A stretch of 63,978 bases of DNA, counting the filler, from Asterionella formosa (lineage: Eukaryota): NCBI GenBank assembly GCA_002256025.1. It is 21 parts of 21 records of this genome, joined end to end, with 100 filler letters (N's around TTAATTAATTAA, not from the genome) between each part and the next. Parts side by side here need not be neighbours in the genome. Positions count along the whole stretch, not along the records: positions 36,914 to 38,626 come from NKIB01001413.1; positions 38,727 to 40,439 come from NKIB01001414.1; positions 40,540 to 42,251 come from NKIB01001415.1; positions 42,352 to 44,063 come from NKIB01001416.1; positions 44,164 to 45,875 come from NKIB01001417.1; positions 45,976 to 47,691 come from NKIB01001418.1; positions 47,792 to 49,503 come from NKIB01001419.1; positions 49,604 to 51,315 come from NKIB01001421.1; 13 more parts are not named here. One strand, 5' to 3'. Each line of letters starts with the position of its first letter. Within the stretch, counting starts at the first letter, position 1. This document shows, piece after piece, positions 37,018 to 49,751 of this stretch. Made by a program: the position numbers and the translations under genes. A model generated the notes under the pieces. The model made no database searches and was not told where the DNA came from. It was given only the letters and a program-made list of their open reading frames with translations.

Positions 37018-38626
37018 TCAAGGAGAATTGTGTCTCTGACAAACTCTTCTTCTTTGATCAAGTACCTTAGGTGCAAGCTGGCGCCGCCGCTGCCGTATAT
37101 TGCTGTGGGGAGCATTGTGCCGATCTGGAGGTGGAAGATTGGCACGGTCATTATCATTCCCAAACTTCTCAATGTTACTCCGCTGAACATGTTTAGACCA
37201 TGAGCTGATAGTAAGAACTTCAGGTCTTGTTGAACGCTCCCAAACATATCCAGCTCTTGCCTTGAGATAATAAGTTCCCTGCAGAAATGATTGCTCAACA
37301 AATTCTGGTGTAACATTGTGTGACCCTGTTGGAATCTCCATGTCTGGTGCTTGTTCCATCATTTGGAAAATTGGTCTCCACTCTAATTTCAGTCTATCCC
37401 GGAGCTTCTTGTCAGGGGATAGTGACGGTGGATCAAGAAGGCGAAATGGTCTGACAATGCCTGGTTGTCCATTTAGCCATAGACTCCACCCTGTCCGGCG
37501 GAGAATCTTTTCAGGAAACTGCCAACCCCTTGGGACCTGTCAAAACTTTCCATCATAGCAGTACAAAGTATGACCTATCCCATCTTGTTGGTGTTCTTGT
37601 TCAGGGAGTGGTCGATTTACCTGATCATTTGTTATTCCACCTTGTTGAAGCTGATCACAAAGCACCTGTTCAAGCTGTTTGTGATGCTCTTTCAACCGAT
37701 TGTTTAGAAAATCGATTGTAATGACACCACCACGGATGTCATGCTCTTCAATTGCTTGAACTACAGAAGCTTTGATTTCCTCTGTCTGATGCATCATCAT
37801 TGATGTTATCTGAGTGACTTTTAGAAGAATCTCACTCAATTTTTGTGAGTGATCAATATGTGGTGGAATCCCTGTGGCTTGGGGCATGTTGTCAGTTCTA
37901 TCAAGTGTCACAAATTTTTGCAAGCGCTGAAGGAGGCCAGGATATTGCAATAGTGGAATTGCTGAAAATGGGTGGTTTGGTTGTTTCTCAATTACAGGTT
38001 TAACAAAGGCATCCATGTGATAAACAACTGATGCAAGGAATTAGAGTAAAACACCAACTATACCCCCACTTTGTCTCTCCTCATACAAGTCAATGATGCA
38101 ACCAAAACATATCTGTAATGCCTGCTTGACATCATCATTTTCCATACCATAAATGAAATGTGGTGGGAGAACCGCGAAATCAACTGCATTAGGTGGGAGG
38201 CCTGCAAGACATCGCCCAAGGTATTGATCACCAGGTTCTGCAAACAAAAAATATATGTCAAAGATAGTTCCTTGGCTCCATTCACCTCGTCTAGCCACTG
38301 ATGGAAGTGGTGGAGGAACAGTGGTTCCACTTGTTGCATGGGTAGCAGACCCTTTCCTGAGACCATGGCTTTTCACTCGCTCAGCATGACAGTATTGTCG
38401 AACTTCGTCATGATGACCTGCCAGAAGTTCAACAAGCTGTTGACAGTATCGATGAGCAGCACTTCCAAGAGTACCATTATCAAGGAATATGGAGTCACGA
38501 TCCTTAGTAAAAGCTTCATTACGAAGTGACAACCAGATTCCAAGTGCAGTTGCAGGGCAAATGTGTGGCTTAAAGGGATTGGAATATAAATTCTTAGGGC
38601 TAACATGATCACCAGCACTGTCAGCC
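37018..38626 (-). mobile_element. Crypton (stramenopile CryptonS-like) tyrosine-recombinase transposon pseudogene
   Basis: SHGLRKGSATHATSGTT.PPP.PSVARRGEWSQG..FDIY...AEPGDQYLGRCLAGL (YR H-x-x-R box and catalytic Tyr region). One frame broken by stops at 38041 and 37540. Confidence 0.82.
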
Positions 38627-38726
38627 NNNNNNNNNNNNNNNNNNNNNNNNNNNNNNNNNNNNNNNNNNNNTTAATTAATTAANNNNNNNNNNNNNNNNNN
38701 NNNNNNNNNNNNNNNNNNNNNNNNNN

Positions 38727-39600
38727 ATCTACAATGCAAGCGAATATTCATCAATTTATAGGAATACAAATAGAACTATTGATTTGTTCCGGTAACAACT
38801 AAAGCTATGACTACTAATTGGACTACAATGATACTATCATATGACATAAGGGCTTGCAAAAGTGATGTGTGGGTAGAATTTGAATTATAAAAGCTATTAG
38901 TCCAATCGATTGCAGTAGTGGTTTTTCATGTTGTGTTGTGATGCTGATGTTGATTTTCAACCACAAGCAAGATAAATTATAGAATATTTTGGCGTGATGC
39001 TAGCGTGGTCTCAGTTATTTTATCAGTGACAACGGACGTGATACACAGCAATCCACGGTTATATCACTGATACAGCATTGGTCAGGAGTCGAAAAGCTGT
39101 ATCAATGATACATCCGTGATCAGACCTAAAATCTTGTTGGTGATACAAAAAATATGAAACAAACCGTCATTTTCGAAACAAAAACCAGAGATGATAAACC
39201 AATGATGACCAATGACAAAATGATAAGAACAACCATTGTCACTGATACAGCCATTGATCGCTGTGTATCACATCTATTGTCATTGATAAAATAATGGTAA
39301 ACATGCCAACCTCACACTAAAAATTGTGTTAACAAAATTTTATTGTGTTATGGTCGTTGACATTGCTTAACATCTGCCCAACATGAAAACCTTTCTGCAA
39401 TTGATTTTCTCATGGCATATTTAATTTGAATTTTAGACTCACACTACTTTTGATTGCTCTCGTCATACTATCATGATAGCTACAGTTGTAGTCGTAGAAA
39501 TGGTAGTCATGGATTTGCTCGTTGCTTGAATAAATCAATACCTCGTCTATTTGCATTCCAATAAATTGCCTAACATTTTTTTTCATCATAGAGTTGTAAT
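38727..39600. repeat. Long degenerate inverted repeat (foldback-like), arms ~38730-39075 and ~39235-39590
   Basis: e.g. caatttataggaatacaaatag vs reverse complement caatttattggaatgcaaatag; ttattttatcagtgacaacggacgtgatacacagc vs ttattttatcaatgacaatagatgtgatacacagc. Confidence 0.8.
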
Positions 39601-40825
39601 TTTGTACGCAATTTAATGTTATATCTAAATAGTATGATATATTATAGGTCTCAAAGGCACAACGACTTGTTGGCCATTTTGATGGAGAAATGTATTTGAG
39701 GTTATCAACATGGTCAATGCATTGATGACATGATGTTTATGAGTCTCCCAGTAATAGCATGATGGCGCAGGTACATAGTACTTAAAGTCTCCCTTATTTT
39801 AATTGGAGAAATTAGTTATTGCATTCCTGTTTCTATATTTTCATAGAAATTAAATAATCCCTGGTCCTGCCTCAGTCATCATTAACTACATCAATGTGGT
39901 CAGACAGCATACATAGCATGATAACTGCCAGTACTCTTACTACGTCGAAAATAATTCCCGGATTTGTGTGGAAGCGGAGTATGAAACTTGCATACTTCTA
40001 ATAAATCTGATGTCTTAGAATAAACCATTGGCAATAAGTTCTGGTTACGATGCCTGAAGGTAGGAAATATGTGTTGTCAGACCCTGGTAAAAAAATTCTT
40101 ACGGGTAAGTATAGACAGGCCATAAAATATACTAAGTAGGCGGGATGGAATGTATTTATGGGAATTTTTACATTTGTGTACAGTACCCTGGTCTAGTACA
40201 GCCAAGAATAATGCCGTCGAATATGCATAAATCCACAGACAGTTACCACCATTAGGTGCAAATAACGCAATCTCCACTCATACACAACTATTTGTGTTGT
40301 TTCTTGAGATATAATCATTCTAGAAAATACATAGTTCCGATGGAGAACACCAGAAGTCTGCATCGTATCGATGAAAAAATATTGTTGAATTTCGCTTGCA
40401 GGTGATATTGGAAATTCGATTGACTTACAAAAAGGTGAANNNNNNNNNNNNNNNNNNNNNNNNNNNNNNNNNNNNNNNNNNNNTTAATTAATTAANNNNN
40501 NNNNNNNNNNNNNNNNNNNNNNNNNNNNNNNNNNNNNNNGTCCTTCACATTCCTTTCGCAGGTATTGAGTACAGTTACGTAGCCACCAGAAAGCTGCGGA
40601 AACGAGAAATTTAGCTATGTTTTCTCGATAGTCAGAACCGTCTTTTTCCGCAATCACAGCAAGTATTTGTGGGTGCTAACACTTCCTCGTACGTGCAGGG
40701 AGTACTGCTGAAGGCAAGTAGCCGCCGAGAAGGGTATTGTTGAGGCGATTCCCGCTCTAGCTATCGTAGCGTCATTCGCTTACCTACTGCCCACAAATTT
40801 AGCATAAATGTCAATTTTAGCCTAC

Positions 40826-40928
40826 TATTGCCCATCATATAAAATATATTTTGTTTATTTCCTATCTTCACCTCGAAAATTGCCAAAGGTCCGATATTGC
40901 CCATCATTAAAATATATTTTGTATTTTT
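40826..40928. repeat. Short direct repeat, 2 x ~33 bp
   Basis: tattgcccatcat(a)taaaatatattttgt at ~40826 and ~40895. Confidence 0.8.
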
Positions 40929-43900
40929 CATATGTTCGCATTTTGGCAAGACAACAGACGCCAATTGCCCCTCGGTTTTCCAGCCCTGGGATTGCCGAAA
41001 TCGGCAAGGGGTCTACTTAAGGAAACCATTTTATATACTATACAGATTTCAATAATTTATATCTAGAATTCACCTCGTTTTTGTTCGTCTCCTGAAAAGT
41101 GGACTCCGGCAATTCACCTTTCACCATGCCAATCGTCGTCCATCATGACCGGTTTGAAGCAAAATCAGTTCCGCGATGACGCCAGTAGCGATTATTTGCC
41201 TAACGGATGCGGTTGATTGTTGGATTGCTTGTCTTCTAGAGGTATTCATGTAGTCGCATCGTCCATATTTCGTCGGACGCACGATGATATCGATACATCT
41301 GATGTTGGTGGCAAGTTTTTGCTCTGGTCATGTATGTAATGATGCTTAACGGATATTCTACCGGTACCGGCAGTCATCTAGTAGTCTACATACGTACGTG
41401 GTACTAAAAACAACCAAGCATGGTTTAAGCTAAACTTTAACGCTTACTTTGAACACGTTATAATATTATCTCTGTAGACTCGGTATTGTTTTTAGTAGAC
41501 CAGAATGTTAAATTACTGGTATATCGTTCACATTTTCATTGATTTTACGTACAGTATGCCCGATTTCGTCCTCACAAATATAGTTCTCACTCTATCTTGC
41601 CTGCCTTTGCTCTATTCGGGCTTGCAATAGACAACGTTCGTCTTTCTTTTATACCATCGTCTGCTGCTTGTTATGCTGCTAGTTGAAGCGGATCGGTGAG
41701 TACAACAGTGAAATACTGAATGTGGATTGTAGATCGTATTTATCGACTTTCCGATTTGATTGCTTGTTCCGTGGTTTGTTTTGATCGCTTCCATCGTTGT
41801 TTGTCGTTACGCATTGTCGTTTTGTTTCGATTGTACATATCTATATGAGAACCAATGCATTTATCAATGACTACTCATTGAAGATGTGGTATTGTGCCGT
41901 TGTTGATCGTATTTGTTGATTTGTATAGTCGTTGACAATGATGTCAATATTGCCGCCAAGCAATGCTTTTCTTGTACTAACGCGCTTTGCTACATTTCTA
42001 CTACGAGTTTGTATCAGAAGCTACATGACGAATACTCAGCTAGAGAGAGTCAATAGTTCTGGAGCAGCGTGGCGATCACGCTTGCTCAGAATGGAATGAT
42101 CAGGGTTGCTTGTTTGGTGGGCAGCGGAGAGGAATGACTGTGGCGGAAATACTGCTACTGGTGTCAGGCTACTACAGCGATGCGCATGGTTACAGAAACC
42201 AGACCATTTACGCTAAATAACGATGTAGGTCAAGATTGGGTTCAGCTTTTCNNNNNNNNNNNNNNNNNNNNNNNNNNNNNNNNNNNNNNNNNNNNTTAAT
42301 TAATTAANNNNNNNNNNNNNNNNNNNNNNNNNNNNNNNNNNNNNNNNNNNNGTAACAACTTACCTATGCTCTCACTGTTGATTGATGGGTGACAAGTAGC
42401 GTTGTTGACCCTCACATCTGCATATATGGAAGGGAACAATGCTATTAATGTCGAAATCCTAATTAATGGACACAGACACTACAAACCCTCTGCAGCATTG
42501 TGCACAAACAAATTAAGTGCGGTTTCTTACCTCGTAGCTAATTAGGTTGATTTTTATCGTTTGTCCTGAGGAATTGTAGAAACTTTGAGTGGTAGAAGCG
42601 CCCACGAACAGCGATACATTTTCATAGTTTGCTTCCGGTCTCACACGGTACCGATCATAAACCCCTTGGTAGCCACAGCTGAGAAGCAAAACAATCATAT
42701 AACTTACCTCTTCTCACTGGTTGGTTTGATACCGGTAGAAGGCTCCTCTCCATCACCATTCCCTCATCAGTTTGTTATGTGGAATAAAAAGCATTACCGG
42801 TATGAACTTTTTAACAATATCTCAACATTTCCTCTTCTCCAAAAAGTGTGTATAACATCCATCTCTGTATGTCTATTAACCTTTTTTGAAGGAACATTTA
42901 ATACCCTACCAGTATGTATAATTAGATATAATATACAAGACTTAACAGGAATTCGAATACCTGGTACTTTGAGACTGGCGACCATGTCCTGTTTCAAGAT
43001 TTCCAACTCCTTACAGGATAAATGGGACAAATCACTTTCCTCCTCGACTTGTTGCTTCTTTATTTACTTTCCCAATCACTCCTACAGTTTCGGAACTCTT
43101 TGGTGACAAGTCATGGACAGCTTCTTCCGTATTGGCAACCATGTCTAGAGTTTCCTTTAAGTTACATTGTGCTTTTGCTTTGGAAGGGGGAGATTTTATA
43201 TCAAGTCTATCAGATTTGATAGACTCAATTAGACGCTCTGAGGAAGTAGAAACAAGATCTACCACGGGCAGACAAGCAACACGATCTTTACTTCTTGGAA
43301 TGGTATTGGGAGAAGATGAACTGGCATCAACTATTTCGTTTTCACTCGCCTGTGTCAATGCACAAACGGAGAATACACGACGTCGGTGATCTTTATTTGG
43401 AATGACAGGTGACCGTAATGGTGCACAGAAGATTGTTCCTCTTTTCTTCTGTATCAATACCAGCACCAACAATATTAGTAAAAATACAGGGATCATTTGA
43501 AACGCCCCAATAACAGATAAGTTTATCAACATCATTGGTTTCATTTCGAAAACCATTGTTACTGTACAACATTGGAATCAGCTATTGATTGAATAATGGT
43601 TCTATTATCATCATAAATATTTTACACTTCTTCGGAGTGGCAAGAACATATGTGTGGGACAAGCTACACTATGTATATATAAGCTATATATATAAAGCGG
43701 TCACTTTGTGGCAGTTGTGTTAGGCTGTCCTATATATTGCCTCTGATGTTGCCGATAAAAAGATTTCTTAAAACAAATGGATAGTTCAATGTTATTAAGC
43801 AAAGTTACGATTGTTATTTCGAACCCCCTGCTATTCAAGGTTCATGTGATGCTACTATTTCCTGAATGAAATGAAGCTACTTCCTGATTAGTGATGTTGC

Positions 43901-44278
43901 AGCTCTAATTCTGCAGCAAAAAACGTTCTCGCCAAAAGCTAGTCAATGAGAATTGAAGACCCATGATTAAGGCCATGAGCAACAAAATACGCCGCCATCT
44001 GGTCCATCTTCACTTTGATCCACATCTCATCTTGAAGAACAGGTTCGAAATACTGATCGATGTNNNNNNNNNNNNNNNNNNNNNNNNNNNNNNNNNNNNN
44101 NNNNNNNTTAATTAATTAANNNNNNNNNNNNNNNNNNNNNNNNNNNNNNNNNNNNNNNNNNNNCAGTCCCTACAGACCATGTTCCATTTGATATCTGGTT
44201 TCATATCTTCTTTGCATCGATAGCCCTGACGAATCACTCTATGAATTGTTTGTATTCATCCAACATCGACACAACAAC

Positions 44279-45451
44279 ATGAAGTCGATAGTTCGATCAA
44301 CAGCTCCCTTCTTGCTGACGCTCAGCACCTTGACGACAAGTGGCGCTTTGCTTCCAAACCTCCTGCGGCAACGGAACTTCCTCTTTCCGTTGTTAAATGT
44401 ATGGAGCCGAAAAGCCGAAATGGACTCAAATATCAATACTCTCGTGACAACGTCGGATGGAACTGACATGCCTTCCGCACGAATGTGGCTGGAATTCCAA
44501 GAAGCCCACGGCTCGAGTGACACACCTGGTGGTGCATATACAGTCCTTCGATGCGACCTGTCGTTAAAATCTTGGCATATTTGGGGTATAGAATTTCATA
44601 TGGAACGCTTGTGTGAGTCTTATTCACATCTGGTACAAGTTCGATTGAAGGAAGATACTCGAGATCGAGCGATTGAGCAATCAACCCAAATTATCCAGGT
44701 GCTGTTGTCAGAGGCACAAGTGTCGATGATTAGGAGAGATCCACCACGAGACAATGAAACGTACACAGTCATGTTAACACTGCTATGGGAAGAAGATGGC
44801 AAGAAGAACCATGTTTCTGTGAAAGGACATGCATTTTCCAGTTGTACTCCAAGCAATGCTGTAGATTACGACCCGTCCCCAATAGCAGCTACTATAGCAC
44901 ACTTGTCCGGTAAAGGCGAGAATTTTCCCAATCGATACGATTATATTCCTAAAGCAAAGGTATCTTCATGGTGCAGAATACGAAGGCCTCTAGAAGAGGC
45001 CTTTAAGATCAATGGCGTGGGTGAAGTAATACTGTCACGTCATATCCCTACTGAAAAGGAGGTGCAACTATTGGAGGGACTCACTTCGAATCTCTTTGTG
45101 ATTTTCAAGGATGGAACATTAAAAACACCAGATGAAGGCGTTTTGCACGGGTATGCAAGGCACTTGGTCTTGGAGGCAGCGCATCGCCTGGGATGGAATG
45201 TAGATGAAGGACCTCTATTTATGTCTGAGATGGTCGGATGGGATCAAGTATTTTGCACTTCGGCAATTCGACTTATTATTCCTATAGGAGAGCTATGGAT
45301 GCTGAATGAGAATAAAGGCCAGGAAGCTGCAGCGACTATGACCAAAATATGGACAGAAAGTAAAGAAAGACAGCAGGCAAAATCTTGGCTGCAATTGTAC
45401 AACGAGATACAAACACTAACACAACAAGGAAACTATTTTCAAGACAGATGA
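44279..45451 (+). CDS. Class IV PLP-dependent aminotransferase-like protein (D-amino-acid aminotransferase/BCAT/ADC-lyase fold)
   Basis: PGGAYTVLRC, FHMERL, PKAK (candidate Schiff-base Lys), LLEGLTSNLFV, VLHGYAR, FCTSAIR. Signal-peptide-like N-terminus from ATG 44279. Confidence 0.85.
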   Translation: MKSIVRSTAPFLLTLSTLTTSGALLPNLLRQRNFLFPLLNVWSRKAEMDSNINTLVTTSDGTDMPSARMWLEFQEAHGSSDTPGGAYTVLRCDLSLKSWHIWGIEFHMERLCESYSHLVQVRLKEDTRDRAIEQSTQIIQVLLSEAQVSMIRRDPPRDNETYTVMLTLLWEEDGKKNHVSVKGHAFSSCTPSNAVDYDPSPIAATIAHLSGKGENFPNRYDYIPKAKVSSWCRIRRPLEEAFKINGVGEVILSRHIPTEKEVQLLEGLTSNLFVIFKDGTLKTPDEGVLHGYARHLVLEAAHRLGWNVDEGPLFMSEMVGWDQVFCTSAIRLIIPIGELWMLNENKGQEAAATMTKIWTESKERQQAKSWLQLYNEIQTLTQQGNYFQDR

Positions 45452-45975
45452 GAATGAATATGGCACTGACATCTAAATTTGCGAGCTGGTTCAACTCCTG
45501 GTGTCGTTGTTGGTTCGATTGATTGAGGAAGTAGAATAGAGAAGAAAAGCGCGAGATAGGCGTACAAACTGGAAACTTGGCGTTTCCAAATAGGTTCGCT
45601 TTTTTTTTAAATTATCTTGGAAGACGTAAAATGGCAAAGGCTATTTATTAATTTAAGCATCAGTCCCCATGAAACCATCGTTTAATTCAAGAATCATCCC
45701 TATGATTACAAATGGTGCAGGGAGTTCGTAACGACTTAAAGTTCGGCTCTCAGGAACAATGCGAGAATACACTCATTTACAAATGGAAGGAAGATATCCA
45801 CTTTTAGTGTTTCAGTGATTCTACAGCGATAGAATCGCCGAGGTCATAACGCTTACCTGGCAAATTTTATAAAATNNNNNNNNNNNNNNNNNNNNNNNNN
45901 NNNNNNNNNNNNNNNNNNNTTAATTAATTAANNNNNNNNNNNNNNNNNNNNNNNNNNNNNNNNNNNNNNNNNNNN

Positions 45976-47691
45976 TCTTTCCAATCTTCCAAGTCAATGT
46001 CAGGCAAACCACACATGAGTAGTTCCAATTCTTGAAAGTCGAAAATAGTCAAGAGTGGTTCTGGAATAACATCAAAGAATCCCAACAATAGTTCATTCAA
46101 TTGTGGCTTGACTCGATCCAACATTCTGTATTTGAGACATGCTTCCAAATATTCTGGAAAGTTGTCATTGTCCACTTCAATTTTTGCACCATTTGGAATG
46201 AGTTCAATCTCTTCCTTGACTCCCATGATATCTTGAGTAGTGGTAAAGTCCAAGCACAGCATACTCAAATCTTCCCCACTCGTGGCCAAGGTCTGCAATT
46301 GCTTCAAATTGTTGTAATATTCGTCATCGACCATTGCCAAATCACCAAAAGTGACAGGCCAGCCCAAGATATGTTTGTAAATGTATCCAACCATGTGACC
46401 AGCAACAAGTTGTCGGTCAAAGAGTGCCTTGCCCATGACCCGACCCAAGAATCGATAATAAATCAAGTGATCTTCACAGCAATATTCTGTGCATGTATGC
46501 ATAATAGTAAAAATGAAAAGAATGAAAACAAATATGAGTGGAAAGTAAAATAAATAATATATATAAATATATATATATATCTACAAATATCACATGATGT
46601 AAAAGACAAAGACACACCAAACAACATTTCAAGCACATACCAGATGCTGGATTGACTTCCATACACATTTGATTGGCTGAACTACTTTGCCACAATCCCA
46701 AATTTGGATCAAATATTGCTTCAGTGACAAGCTGAAACCATTCTCTCGCCAATCCACCAGCATCAACTCCCATTTCACTAACAAATTCGAATCTCCACAA
46801 TTTATGTAAATCCTTACGTGACAATGACATGACAGCATCGACAGAATCCCCCAAGAGGAATCCACGTCTGACATTCATTCTCATGTGTCCTTCATTCCAT
46901 TGAACACACAATTGTGCGCAAGTTTCTTGAAACCAAATGGCCTTTTCTTCAAAGGCCTTGACTTGTGCATTGGCAATGTCTGAGTAAGTGACAAGGTCTC
47001 GATTGTCTGCTGATTTGATTCTCGAGTCTACAACTGCGTCACTGGCAGGTACAAGAGAGAGGATCCCAGTTCTAATTCTTGGATCATCGCCAGGTCTAAA
47101 TTCCAGTTTCCTGACATATGCCGACTTTTCCACATTGAATCTCGTACTGAGTTCAACATCTCCTCGTCCATCCACTCGTACCCATTGAAATTTCATATCC
47201 GAAACTCGAATGGTACGTTGCCATCCATCCTTATCATAGGACAGTTTAATGGCAGCAGCTTCATTGGAAATGGTTGGTTTTTGAGTCAATGCCAATGGCA
47301 ATTTGAATCTAATTCGTTGTCCTGATGTAGCATTGACTGGACATGTGACAAGGACTCGGACTCCTCCTGCCAATAAAGCAAACGGTTGTCCAGGTAAGAC
47401 TCCCCTTGGTACTTCCACTTCAAACAATTGTGTTGTCTTGTCTTGGTCTCTTATTGGTAGTGGTGGTGATGACATGTTATTGTTGTTGTTGCTGTGGTTG
47501 CTGCTATTACTATTCATACTGGTCCGACTGGTAATGTCTGTACTGGTTGGTGGTGGTACAATTGGAACATTCATACCTGGTCTAGCATTTTGTGGACAAG
47601 TTACCATGAGTTGTTGTCCTTGAATAGTGACAGGGAATTGTTGTCCTCCTCGAATGCCATCAGGAATGGTATCCATGTTAGCAGTGGGCCC
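45976..47691 (-). CDS. HECT E3 ligase copy 2 (internal fragment, frame intact)
   Basis: Near-identical to copy 1. Intron 46640-46487 (154 nt). Continues to FDFQELELLMCGLPDIDLEDWK. Confidence 0.9.
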
Positions 47692-47828
47692 NNNNNNNNN
47701 NNNNNNNNNNNNNNNNNNNNNNNNNNNNNNNNNNNTTAATTAATTAANNNNNNNNNNNNNNNNNNNNNNNNNNNNNNNNNNNNNNNNNNNNCTCTCGCCA
47801 ACACAGCACTGCAACGACAGTAAATATC

Positions 47829-48400
47829 ATGGATCTGTGTGACAATAACGACGAGGACAAATGTAAATTCTGTGGTAAAGGTCCTTTTAAATCAATTCGT
47901 GGTCATCACAGACACAGCCCCTCGTGTGGGCAACAATATATGATTCAATCTCAGATTCAAGCATCGCAGACATCATCAATTGTAGCGACTTCTCGAAGAG
48001 AAGGACGACACCACTCTCAAGACCCCCTTGCAAAATTCCTGAAACAATCGCCAGCAGCCATTGATTTCGTTCAAACAGTTTGTTTTGATGCCGATGACTA
48101 TGATAATGGTTTATTCCTTGATAGTTTAGTAGATCTTGATGCTGCTGCTATTAATGGTCCAATCATTCAGAACGGAGATATAAACGACATTATAAACCCT
48201 ACCAACTTCCGATTTTGCGCACAAAGTATATCCGTTTCGTCCACTTCAGCATGACAATCTCGCCAATCAACCCGTAAACAAACACATTCCACTTGTTCTC
48301 GTTGAAATTTTCAATTCTCACATGATACTACATCTACTATTTCGATTCAGCATAAAAGGAGATACGAAAATGTGCGTAACAGACTACTGTCCACATAGAA
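47829..48400 (+). pseudogene. Zn-finger-containing N-terminus, probably of a DNA transposon protein (Plavaka/CMC-like), decayed
   Basis: CKFCGKGPFKSIRGHHRHSPSC followed by an acidic low-complexity region; the frame then breaks. Family assignment is weak. Confidence 0.35.
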
Positions 48401-49126
48401 GTCGGTGTCCATGTCATCCTCATCAATAGAGAGACAAGTTCTTTCGCTGGAAAAATTGGTACTCTTGGTATCATTATTCGCTCGTTGGAACCACTGTCCG
48501 TTTCCTCAAACCTGATTAGCATGTGAGTATGTGCACTGTCGACTTTTGTACATTACAGGCGGAGTGACTTCGCTACTAAATTGCGTGATATAATAATATA
48601 CCCTGTAGCACGATGCAGAATACAGTTGCTTCCCAATCATCTCATCATGATTGACAAGATGATACTGTGATATCATGATAAGGTTACATCGATGCATACA
48701 TCACCAAAGTATGATACGTAATATTGAATAAAGTACATCACATAGGTATGATACATTGATCCTAAAATTATGATGATTTTATGAAATAAATATGATATAA
48801 TTTTGATCAAAATATGATCATGTAAAAATAGTACAATGACAATAAAATTCGATAAAATATGTACGCAAGTGTTATCGATACATCACAGAATATAAATCAA
48901 GCAATCATAAAGTATGTTAATTAATATATATGTTTGTCGTTTAATATATACTGTTAAAGTCAACAGTTAATATGATAGTATTATACAGTGCATAGGATCT
49001 AAGTATACGGATGCGTTGATATGTACATCACTATAATATGATTTGTGATATGGATTGATGCATATCACATACCGGTATCCTCAACAACCAGCCATCACGT
49101 TCATTGTCGTGTCGTCTTTCCTTGTT

Positions 49127-49503
49127 TTAGCTATATATATGCTCAGATCCGTTCCATTGCAAATCTTCCTTCAATAGGTCAAACTCGTCATCCTTGAGCA
49201 TTTGCCTTCCAGTGGCATCGTAGGACTGAAGCGCGTCCAGAAAGATACGCTCCTTTTCGGCTACTGTGAGACGAGTGAGTTCCCCACTTTCCGGATCGAC
49301 GACACAGTATTCCTTGTCAGGACTACTTTTGTTTTTGCTTGATTCCTATGGGGAAAGATGGAAGTAAGAATTTTTGTTTACTCATAAATAGTTACTAACA
49401 AAATGGTTATTTGTTTTTAATCAAGTACAGCCATTTGCAAATAACCGGACGCTGGTGTCGTTTCTTTTGCTCCATCGACCGAGTCGGACAGAAGTGTCAT
49501 GTT
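49127..49503 (-). pseudogene. PGRL1: PGRL1-like (PGR5-like protein 1) gene fragment, prematurely terminated
   Basis: Not in the ORF track. Exon 49503-49429, probable intron 49428-49346, exon 49345-49127: ESSKNKSSPDKEYCVVDPESGELTRLTVAEKERIFLDALQSYDATGRQMLKDDEFDLLKEDLQWNGSEHIYS*. Matches the PGRL1 pattern E.E..FL.A.Q.Y...G......EEFD.LKE.L.W.GS. Confidence 0.78.
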
Positions 49504-49659
49504 NNNNNNNNNNNNNNNNNNNNNNNNNNNNNNNNNNNNNNNNNNNNTTAATTAATTAANNNNNNNNNNNNNNNNNNNNNNNNNNNNNNNNNNNNNNNNN
49601 NNNTATAGAATTACGTGAACAAAAATTTAAGGCAATGTGAACTGAATTACAGAATTAAT

Positions 49660-49751
49660 TGAAGTATTTCAAATAATTATGTGAAGTATTTCAAATAATT
49701 ATGTGAAGTATTTCAAATAATTATGTGAAGTATTTCAAATAATTATGTGAA
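49660..49751. repeat. Tandem repeat, ~4 x 22 bp (gtgaagtatttcaaataattat)
   Basis: Identical units read directly from the sequence. Confidence 0.95.

Noticed and set aside
40540..42251. Gene or transposon in this contig
   Set aside because: Only a short direct repeat and sub-80-aa ORFs; no splice model or termini that I could support.
42513..43556. Minus-strand ORFs 43032-43556, 42794-43030 and 42513-42698 as a gene
   Set aside because: Fragmented with no recognisable domain; possibly decayed coding DNA but not supportable.
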